Below are positions 27,344-33,983 of a DNA stretch of 51,406 nt, piece after piece (position 1 is the stretch's first letter; every line of letters starts with the position of its first letter). The stretch is from the IMG/VR virus record IMGVR_UViG_3300012204_000001; one strand, written 5' to 3'. This stretch comes from a virus. A model generated the notes under the pieces. That model ran no database searches, had not been told where the DNA came from, and saw only the letters and a list, made by a program, of their open reading frames with translations. Both the position numbers and the translations under genes were made by a program.

Positions 27344-29013
27344 ATCGAATACCCTGTCTCGATGTCACGGTTAGCCATCAACTCCGTCTCTGTCCTCGCG
27401 TACTGATCGAATTTTGCTCGGCTGAGACCAGGCATCCACACGTCTGGTCCGTATGCGAGGGCGTCAAGCATGTGAATCTTCTTACTGGCCCCAAAGGAGT
27501 CATACTCTTTAATAAGCTCTTTCGAGTCATCTTCTTGTCCATCGACAGGGAAGAAGATGGAACCTGAACTAAAGTAATTCGCCAGGCCTCTGACTCGCAT
27601 CGGTTTAGATAGAGCACGCCCTCCCACCACAGGCGAAATTGGGACAATGTTAAAGTATGTCCCTCTGAAGAGCATTTCTCTCTCGAACCAGTGTTTAAAA
27701 ACACCACTAAACAAGACTTCCTCAATGGCCACCAAGCGAGGCTGCCATCTAGCAACCCGCTTAAATACAAAGTCGCACAACTGAGGAGGCTTCCAATCGC
27801 GTTCGAACGCCTGTAAGATGAAACAACGATTAAGCGAGTCGGTCCCTGTAACAACAAAGCCACCAAGACCAGACATAGCAGGGTCGATAAGGATGCAAAT
27901 ATCCAGATCACGGACGTTCAGCCTGGTCTGAACCTTCCCAGAAAAGACGACAATCGTGTTGAAGCCCACCCAATGATACCACCTCTTCCAGCCCTTGTCG
28001 AACTCCGTCGCCCCCTCTTCAGGATTATTCGCATACTGAGCGGTCCAAACCTTACGGTTTTTACGAAGTATGGCAAGTGCATCCTGCGTGAAACCACCCT
28101 CGGGGAATATTGGAGTGAGTTCAGGTACATTGCCTTCCAAGAGCTTGCCAGTTGGCTCCTCAACTCCCCGGATATATTTGAGTAGCTGATCACCGTAACG
28201 CTCGTGTATGTGTGAGTACAGGTCGTCGTATGCCCAACGAGTACCGATCAAGTCGAAGTGATCGCGACCAAAGTCAGAGAAGAAAGACTGGATGTTGTCA
28301 AACCACTCTTTGGCTGCGGCCATAACTGCTTCGGAGTCTCTTGCTTTATCTCCGATGAGGTCATCGAACTTGATATAGTTGTAGTGGCGACCCTGAGACC
28401 GACCACCGACACCCATAGTGTCAATAGTAGGCTCAGGCCACGTCTGTGAACGCGGTAGTTCGAGTTCGTGCCGATTGATGCGCTGCTTTCGTGGCGAAGG
28501 GACAATCTCTGGAAAGAGCCCCATGAGAAGCGGGTTCCCAAGAAAATGCCCTGTGATTGCAAAGAGAAAATTCGAGGCTTGTCCATCGGTCTCGTGACAG
28601 ATTAAGAGACGACAGTCTGGACCAGCGTTTCGAGGCCACGGCTCCGATTCAGTTACGTCCGGTAGAACAATCTGAATCGAATCACCAATCGTATCAACCG
28701 TCGATTTCAGGTGGCCACGAGGAAGGAGGATCTCGCGGAAGCGCCACTCTTTGTTTCTTTCCATCCAGCTGCATAGATGTCCATGCAGATTCTCGGCTAG
28801 TCTATCATAACCGAGGATTGATTGGTTGAGGAAGAAAAGGTCTATCTTTGCGCGTCTACGGAGATAGTTCCATGTATCTGTGTCAATTTCACGGAATTTC
28901 TCCTCAACTTTCTTCTTCGTATCAGAAATGGTTGTTTCGTCTAGTAGCTTTCTCCATTCCTCATCCGAGACTTCGCCTTCTTGCTCGTAATTACGGATTA
29001 GAAGGCTTGGCAT
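27340..29013 (-). CDS. terL: terminase large subunit
   Basis: 557 aa. Walker A-like LLPRGHLKSTV, Walker B-like LLICHETDG. The C-terminal nuclease pattern is ILIDPAMSG ... AIEEV ... MLDALAY. Confidence 0.9.
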   Translation of the reverse strand: MPSLLIRNYEQEGEVSDEEWRKLLDETTISDTKKKVEEKFREIDTDTWNYLRRRAKIDLFFLNQSILGYDRLAENLHGHLCSWMERNKEWRFREILLPRGHLKSTVDTIGDSIQIVLPDVTESEPWPRNAGPDCRLLICHETDGQASNFLFAITGHFLGNPLLMGLFPEIVPSPRKQRINRHELELPRSQTWPEPTIDTMGVGGRSQGRHYNYIKFDDLIGDKARDSEAVMAAAKEWFDNIQSFFSDFGRDHFDLIGTRWAYDDLYSHIHERYGDQLLKYIRGVEEPTGKLLEGNVPELTPIFPEGGFTQDALAILRKNRKVWTAQYANNPEEGATEFDKGWKRWYHWVGFNTIVVFSGKVQTRLNVRDLDICILIDPAMSGLGGFVVTGTDSLNRCFILQAFERDWKPPQLCDFVFKRVARWQPRLVAIEEVLFSGVFKHWFEREMLFRGTYFNIVPISPVVGGRALSKPMRVRGLANYFSSGSIFFPVDGQEDDSKELIKEYDSFGASKKIHMLDALAYGPDVWMPGLSRAKFDQYARTETELMANRDIETGYSM

Positions 29014-29584
29014 TGTCGATCAGGATTGGCTGTAAGCCGTGAAGGCGTCGAGCTTCGTCCGCCTTTTCCATTCCCTTGAGCAGTCTATCCAATCCCTGCT
29101 CGGAGACGATCATTGCGTTCTTGATGTTGGTAGTCTCTTCAGTCGCGATCTTCTTAGTTCCTTTCAGGAGAACGATTGCACGGTCGAAGAGACCGAGAGG
29201 ATTCTTCTCAGCAAGCTCGTCGTTCTGCATCACTTCTTCTACACGATCCATTGCTTTCAGTGCCATTTTCTCGAGACGCTGGTCAATCGTCTCTTCATGC
29301 TTCTTTCTCAGTCGAGCGATCAGCAGTTGCTTAATTATTTTTGCTTGCTCGGTATTCATGATGTTGGTGACATGCGTCTCAGTGAAGCCTTTTTCGAGTG
29401 CAATGTCCTTACGCGACAAGCCCATGGCATCCAGGAGTACGACTTCCTCGTAGATTGGATGCCACTGCTTGGGATTCCACTTGGGCCGCGTAATCCGAGC
29501 GCGACGAGCGACACGATTCTGCTCGAACGCATCAAGATCCGGATTACGCTGTACCTCCGTCAACTCACGTGCAGCTTCTGACAT
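28991..29584 (-). CDS. terminase small subunit candidate (197 aa)
   Basis: Immediately upstream of and overlapping terL. HTH-like segment GLSRKDIALEKGFTETHVTNIM followed by coiled-coil-like helices. Confidence 0.55.
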   Translation of the reverse strand: MSEAARELTEVQRNPDLDAFEQNRVARRARITRPKWNPKQWHPIYEEVVLLDAMGLSRKDIALEKGFTETHVTNIMNTEQAKIIKQLLIARLRKKHEETIDQRLEKMALKAMDRVEEVMQNDELAEKNPLGLFDRAIVLLKGTKKIATEETTNIKNAMIVSEQGLDRLLKGMEKADEARRLHGLQPILIDNAKPSNP

Positions 29585-29586
29585 GG

Positions 29587-29829
29587 TTACGCCTGAGCAA
29601 CTGTGACGGTTATTGCCTCGTGAGGAGCATGATTCTCGTTGGCATGACCAGACAACGAAACACTAAGATTGGTACCGTCAGGACCAACTGCGCCGGACGA
29701 GATGATGAGTTTCGCTGCTTCAACAGCGACCCACACTTGCTGCTTCACAGCCTCATTGATCTCGTAGTCCGGTTGGAGGCCATCCAGCTCCGAAGGAGCG
29801 GTGACTTGTTTGCTACAGCTCCAGCTCAT
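29587..29829 (-). CDS. hypothetical protein (80 aa)
   Basis: ORF in the late-operon leader with an ATGA overlap to the upstream micro-ORF. Confidence 0.5.
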   Translation of the reverse strand: MSWSCSKQVTAPSELDGLQPDYEINEAVKQQVWVAVEAAKLIISSGAVGPDGTNLSVSLSGHANENHAPHEAITVTVAQA

Positions 29830-29948
29830 ACTTTCCTCTTTCCGAAGTGACGAAGTTGTTTCCTGTACTCGCGGAGTTTCTTCCCCAACACTGTTTGCTT
29901 GGGCGGCGGAGTAGCCTGTCTAACTCGACTAGTTCCTGTTTTCTTCAT
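29826..29948 (-). CDS. 40-aa highly basic peptide
   Basis: Found by hand: MKKTGTSRVRQATPPPKQTVLGKKLREYRKQLRHFGKRKV. ATGA overlaps at both ends. Confidence 0.4.
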   Translation of the reverse strand: MKKTGTSRVRQATPPPKQTVLGKKLREYRKQLRHFGKRKV

Positions 29949-30118
29949 TTCAGGTTAAGTGCTGGAGCCAACCACTCCTTGAGCAGATATATGAATATCG
30001 CCACAGTTACGACGATATAGATAATCTGCTTGACTGTCGCGTCGATCTTCAGGAGGCTAACGATGACAAGAATGGCCCCCAGAACAACCAACACGACGAT
30101 CAGGTCGATGAGGCTCAT
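29945..30118 (-). CDS. 57-aa two-TM membrane peptide
   Basis: Found by hand: MSLIDLIVVLVVLGAILVIVSLLKIDATVKQIIYIVVTVAIFIYLLKEWLAPALNLK. ATGA overlaps at both ends. Confidence 0.5.
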   Translation of the reverse strand: MSLIDLIVVLVVLGAILVIVSLLKIDATVKQIIYIVVTVAIFIYLLKEWLAPALNLK

Positions 30119-30270
30119 TTCTTCTTACCCTTACGAGGAATGTCCGCGCCGGCTTCGCGAGCAGTCTCCAGGGCGATGGCAACCGCTTGCTTGTGCGGCC
30201 GTCCTGCTTCCTCTTCCTTCTTGATGTTGCGTCCGATGGCCTTCTTGGACGCTGACTTTTCGAGCGGCAT
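30115..30270 (-). CDS. small basic protein (51 aa), DUF6496-like
   Basis: MPLEKSASKKAIGRNIKKEEEAGRPHKQAVAIALETAREAGADIPRKGKKK. The HKQAVAIAL...AR core resembles the DUF6496 family. The track ORF starts earlier at 30369 but overlaps the upstream gene. Confidence 0.5.
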   Translation of the reverse strand: MPLEKSASKKAIGRNIKKEEEAGRPHKQAVAIALETAREAGADIPRKGKKK

Positions 30271-30305
30271 ACCGTACCATCCTTTCCAGTCTGCTGGTAG
30301 TAACA

Positions 30306-30503
30306 CTAGCCCTCCATAATCTCCTTTAGCTCCGTGAGACGTGTTGTTACCTGTTCCATTCGCCAACACAGGTAAGCTTCTGGAAATGTGAAACCTTGTT
30401 CTTGGAACATCGGCCAGATCTTCTCACGAAACTCAATGAAGTAATTTCTCCACTCAATTTCGCTAGCTTCATCTATGCCGATGAGTTCCTCGTCAGGAGG
30501 CAT
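30306..30503 (-). CDS. hypothetical protein (65 aa)
   Basis: Acidic helical ORF in the late-operon leader. Confidence 0.5.
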   Translation of the reverse strand: MPPDEELIGIDEASEIEWRNYFIEFREKIWPMFQEQGFTFPEAYLCWRMEQVTTRLTELKEIMEG

Positions 30504-30690
30504 CGCGTTCGAAGATGTGTCGAACTTTGTCGAGGCCTCGCTTCACGAAAGACTTGGTTTCCGCTGGAGCAGACTCCAGTCCCTCAGACATCTTCGCAGC
30601 TGTCTTACGCATGGCTGCGCCACGAACGCCATACGCTTCAACCGCAGCGGAATCTTCTTCAGACATCTTCGGTTTGATCGGAGACGACAT
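30493..30690 (-). CDS. hypothetical protein (65 aa)
   Basis: ORF with a GGAGG-like sequence upstream (aataggaggctcttATG). Confidence 0.5.
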   Translation of the reverse strand: MSSPIKPKMSEEDSAAVEAYGVRGAAMRKTAAKMSEGLESAPAETKSFVKRGLDKVRHIFERDAS

Positions 30691-30707
30691 AAGAGCCTCC
30701 TATTCGT

Positions 30708-31214
30708 TTAATACGAGCCCGCCATTACTCCGGAGAGTTCTACCCTCTTGAACACCTTGAAGGTGAGCGGAGCGCCTGGTGCGGCTGTCATGTGGAGACG
30801 AAAACCTTGGGCGGGAATTGCGAACTCTGCTACTTTGCCAGCGAGCGGGAGGGGAACATCAGCTAACGCTCCACCCAACGGCCGATCTTGTAAGGTATAG
30901 AACGTAGGGGCTGCTGCGTCCGGATCATCAGTACATTCGATTGTTCCTGCTGTAGCTGATGTCGGAGCATACAGTACTATCGTCCTTGCATCAGCATAGA
31001 CTTCTCTCGCTTTTACAACGGGAGATAGTCCTGTGCCGGTTGCCACGATCATATCTGGGCACTTCACAAGATCGAATGACATGGAGAACCCGAGAATATT
31101 GGAGGAGTTTACTGCACGATCCCGCAATATACAAGAATTGTGTCCCATCGTCAAGCCCCCAGGTTCATATGCGCCGCGCGGATCGTTCCATGCGCGATTC
31201 GGCTGTGGGTACAT
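30708..31214 (-). CDS. hypothetical protein (168 aa), first gene of the late arm
   Basis: ATG 31214 is preceded by AGGA. The track ORF starts at TTG 31232. No family recognised. Confidence 0.6.
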   Translation of the reverse strand: MYPQPNRAWNDPRGAYEPGGLTMGHNSCILRDRAVNSSNILGFSMSFDLVKCPDMIVATGTGLSPVVKAREVYADARTIVLYAPTSATAGTIECTDDPDAAAPTFYTLQDRPLGGALADVPLPLAGKVAEFAIPAQGFRLHMTAAPGAPLTFKVFKRVELSGVMAGSY

Positions 31215-31265
31215 GGTTCCTGAGATTAGCAACGTGATTTTGAGCTGAGGAGAGCGGAAATAATT

Positions 31266-31278
31266 TTTAGCCGCTAAA
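31266..31278. promoter_or_regulatory. 13-bp dyad TTTAGC-C-GCTAAA (operator-like), site 1
   Basis: Perfect inverted repeat in the divergent control region. Related copies lie at 39183, 46551, 22785 and 12431. Confidence 0.5.
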
Positions 31279-31338
31279 TTTGAGGCAGGTCGCTAAAATC
31301 TCATCTCTAACACTAAAATCTCGTCTTTAGTTGGTAAA
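31272..31338 (+). promoter_or_regulatory. four phased (G/A/C)CTAAA-type half-sites, about 20-bp period
   Basis: cGCTAAAtttgag (31272), cGCTAAAatctcatct (31291), cACTAAAatctcgtct (31311), gGGTAAAtatgag (31332). The middle two are 12/12 nt CTAAAATCTC(A/G)TCT repeats. Confidence 0.5.
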
Positions 31339-31426
31339 TATGAGTTCTTCATGTCAAAAACTCACGGTACAATTAGTCGCGGATCAATGATGATAAACTG
31401 TCACTCGTTTTTTGACGGTACCGCCC

Positions 31427-31626
31427 CCGAAGAGAAGCCGAAGGCCACCGAAGATACACCGTGCCCCGAACAGACACCGAATGCGGCGCTTGATAATGAT
31501 TATCATTCGCATCTGAGGTGACCCTGGGTCGCACCAGTTGAGAATGGTTTTCAGTCGCATCCCCAGCGAGGTGTGACGGAATGTTACACCAGTGTGTGGC
31601 TCGCATCCCCCGAAGCGGACCCGAAG
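31427..31626. repeat. array of seven CCGAA(G) pentamers, mostly 10-12 bp apart
   Basis: CCGAA at 31427, 31438, 31448, 31466, 31477, 31609 and 31621. TCGCATCCCC occurs at 31555 and 31601. Confidence 0.6.
31491..31505. promoter_or_regulatory. 15-bp perfect palindrome TGATAAT-G-ATTATCA
   Basis: AT-rich dyad embedded in GC-rich non-coding sequence. Confidence 0.45.
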
Positions 31627-31841
31627 CGGGCCTCGTTCCATATCGCAACGCTGAGCTAACTCTATGTCCTGCAATGAGTTAGGAACGTGGCACGCGTCCT
31701 GCTCTACTGAGATCTGTCGGGCGGAGGCACCAGACTCCCTGGCACGGTTCTCGCAATATTCTCTGGTGCAACGGGACGGCAACGGCGCATATACACGCGG
31801 ACTGGCCTGGCCCCCACATACCCTAACGGAGGGGAACGAGT

Positions 31842-32126
31842 ATGGCGCACGCAATCGGGTGCATTGGCTCCAGTACGGACCAGCGCACGGCGAGGCGAGA
31901 GCCAATGACCAAGGAGCAGCGTGCAAAGAATCGCAAGCTTGTTCCACGGCGGAACCAAGATCGCAAGATCGCCTTTGTGGAGATCAAGCGGGATGGTGAA
32001 AGGCCGAAGGTCAAGGCGATCCGAGCAGGTCACGCGCATCACTACCAGCAGGCGTTCTGGTGGGCTGATGTGAGTCTCGTCAAAGATGCTGATGGGAAAG
32101 TGGTGACGATTAAACGTCACAAATAA
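31842..32126 (+). CDS. small basic protein (94 aa, or 73 aa from ATG 31905)
   Basis: GGAGGGG RBS 7 nt before ATG 31842. Lys/Arg-rich (KEQRAKNRKLVPRRNQDRK). Followed 9 nt later by tRNA-like element A. Confidence 0.55.
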   Translation: MAHAIGCIGSSTDQRTARREPMTKEQRAKNRKLVPRRNQDRKIAFVEIKRDGERPKVKAIRAGHAHHYQQAFWWADVSLVKDADGKVVTIKRHK

Positions 32127-32135
32127 TGTGACGAA

Positions 32136-32211
32136 GTGTGCGGTCCTGTGGGACTGAGCCGAGTCTCGTTTAGCACGGGAACGGTCACAGGTTCAAATCC
32201 TGTCGCACACA
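32136..32211 (+). ncRNA. tRNA-shaped element A (non-canonical)
   Basis: Perfect 7-bp terminal stem GTGTGCG/CGCACAC, directly abutting the T-arm ACAGG-TTCAAAT-CCTGT. The interior does not give a standard D-arm plus anticodon arm. Hairpin GGGACT-GAGCCG-AGTCTC lies at 32150-32167. Confidence 0.5.
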
Positions 32212-32234
32212 TTGAAGTCTGGCTCGTTGGGAGG

Positions 32235-32435
32235 ATATCCCATCCATCCCATCCACGCACATGGATGGAATAGGGCTCCCTCCCAAGGGGTGGGTACCCC
32301 CCCCCATTGTTCTCAGTCTATCTATAAAAATAATATATATAGATAGAGAGACTGAGAATAGATAGGGGGGAGGGGGGACGGTCAGGAGGGGAAGGGGTCA
32401 GTCCATCCACATGGATGGATGCGATGGATGGGATA
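32235..32435. repeat. composite dyad-symmetric element of about 200 bp (origin, terminator or resolution-site candidate)
   Basis: Outer arms ATATCCCATCCATCCCATCC (32235-32254) and GGATGCGATGGATGGGATAT (32416-32435) match 19/20. Inner arms are TTCTCAGTCTATCTATA (32310-32326) and TATAGATAGAGAGACTGAGAA (32338-32358), around an AT-only centre. C8 and G6AG6 tracts flank the core. Confidence 0.8.
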
Positions 32436-32646
32436 TTCACGCGGGGAGATAGATGCTGAATCTGAGAATCCGAGTGTGGCGATGGGAGTTCGCGGTGACT
32501 CTCAAGCCCATCCGCTCGTTACATGAGTGGAGATCGGCAGACCGTGCAATTCGTGATGCGTGGGGCCATTAGCCTCAGATTGTAAGTAGGGTCCGCCGGT
32601 CAGGTGTGGTGTGAAAGCCACACTTGGCATTGCCGAAAGTTGGGGC

Positions 32647-32675
32647 TTGACAACGTGTCGTGACCGTGTTATATT
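32647..32675 (+). promoter_or_regulatory. sigma70-type promoter with extended -10
   Basis: GGGGCTTGACAA: TTGACA (32647-32652), 17-nt spacer ending in TGT, TATATT (32670-32675). Confidence 0.7.
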
Positions 32676-32812
32676 TACGGTGCGTTGTAGGAAATGAGTG
32701 GGTACGGAGAACAACCGTTAATCCAGGGTAATAAGCCTGGTACACTCATTGGCTCTTTGACAATCGCGTGAGCGCTGAATCCCCTCACATATCACCACGA
32801 GGGAGGTTCGGT

Positions 32813-33247
32813 ATGTTGTATGTGAAGCAGGAGAAGCCTGTCACCACGAAGCACGAGAAGCTCGGTGACATCAGCTTCGAGGTCGAGGTCCCCCAGCCAC
32901 AGGATCTGGAAGAGTTGAAGGTCGCCTGCGGTGGAGAGGCCAACCTGGTCGAGTTCGCGTGTGGTCAGATCGCGACCAACGCGAAGAACGTGGCTCGGGC
33001 TTACGCCAGGGGCTTCGAGGTTCCGAAGGATGTGACACTGACTCCCGAGAAGATCGCGGAGTTCGTGGCACAGATCGCGAAGCGGGGTCAGGAACTGGCT
33101 CACGACTACTCGCCTGCGGCCGAGGGCGCGGGTGGGCCGAGCAAGGCGAAGAAGGCTGCCGCGTACGATCAGATCGCGGCGCTCGTCGAGAGCGGGCAGG
33201 AGTTCACGAAGGAGCAGCTGTTCTCGCTCCTTCAGCAGGCGAAGTAA
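32813..33247 (+). CDS. acidic early protein (144 aa)
   Basis: ATG 32813 preceded by GAGGGAGG. First gene after a strong promoter. The track ORF starts at GTG 32768. No family recognised. Confidence 0.65.
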   Translation: MLYVKQEKPVTTKHEKLGDISFEVEVPQPQDLEELKVACGGEANLVEFACGQIATNAKNVARAYARGFEVPKDVTLTPEKIAEFVAQIAKRGQELAHDYSPAAEGAGGPSKAKKAAAYDQIAALVESGQEFTKEQLFSLLQQAK

Positions 33248-33516
33248 CGTCGGGGACAGCGCTCACATGCGATTGGTCAACCAGATCAAATCTGGGAAGA
33301 GCAATAGGGCGTGAGAGGTAGCTGAAGTGATAAAGCTCGTATGCCAGCCTGCCTGGCTATAACCGTACGAGTCGCGCCGAAATGTCCGAAGCCTGAAGCA
33401 CTCTCACAACAGGCTAGGCGGAGGCTGGACCCGAAAGGTGATGTCCTCACCATCCAGCCCATTAGGGCGGCGCAACACTGAATTACTGAATTAATCTCGT
33501 CATTCTGTGAGGCTAT

Positions 33517-33963
33517 GTGCTCAAGAATAGCACAGATATTCCCGATAAGCTGATCGCGATTGCGGTCGCATTCGGGATGCCTCAAGGGATGAGCAAAGAG
33601 GCAGTCCAGAAGATCGTCGTCAAGAACAAGCGACGAGGCAAGACACATGGTAGATGGGGCTGGTATTACCCTGGGGATCAACGAATCGTCGTTATCGTTC
33701 CCAGGGTAATTTCACGTCCCCATACCTTTCCAAGACCATATTCGAGGCGAAGGATAATCATATCGTCTCGAGCTGAATTCCTCGTGACTTTGTTGGCTCA
33801 CGAGATGAGACACGCCTGGCAATACGAGAATTGGCGTACACCAAACATGCTCTGGCGACTGGACAGGAGTTCAGTTGCCAAGTACGCACGTGAGGTGGAC
33901 GCTGAACTGTGGGAAAGTGAAGTGTTGGAGAGATGGAAGCATAATCTCATGTTTAACGACTAA
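33517..33963 (+). CDS. HExxH metallopeptidase-like protein (148 aa)
   Basis: LLAHEMRHAWQYENW contains a HExxH motif in a helical context. My hand reading of nt 33516-33543 disagreed by one base with the track translation, so the start is uncertain. Confidence 0.55.
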   Translation: MLKNSTDIPDKLIAIAVAFGMPQGMSKEAVQKIVVKNKRRGKTHGRWGWYYPGDQRIVVIVPRVISRPHTFPRPYSRRRIIISSRAEFLVTLLAHEMRHAWQYENWRTPNMLWRLDRSSVAKYAREVDAELWESEVLERWKHNLMFND

Positions 33964-33983
33964 AGATGAGGGGGTGATCCGGG

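Noticed and set aside
30030-30224. 64-aa plus-strand ORF
   Set aside because: It is antisense to two ATGA-coupled late-leader genes, and no promoter or RBS is present.
31345-31371. Plus-strand promoter (TACAAT at 31366) for the junction RNA
   Set aside because: It is not listed as a feature because no acceptable -35 lies at 16-18 nt (TTCTTC or GTTCTT at best). It is mentioned only as a possibility in the ncRNA finding.
31373-32120. Minus-strand ORFs 31373..31648, 31384..31947 and 31704..32120, and plus-strand ORF 31664..31999
   Set aside because: All lie in the GC-rich non-coding segment. Their composition is Cys/Arg/Pro-rich and not protein-like, they have no RBS, and they overlap each other. 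They are treated as non-coding.
32136-32211. Suppressor tRNA or stop-codon recoding
   Set aside because: The best anticodon-like loop would read UAG (a Leu codon), not a stop. All large genes are intact under the standard bacterial code, so there is no evidence of recoded stops.
32235-32435. Hairpin-telomere (protelomerase) target site
   Set aside because: The dyad geometry is compatible, but no protelomerase-like gene (large tyrosine-recombinase-type ORF) is present and the assembly closes as a circle. It is kept only as a remote possibility within the palindrome finding.
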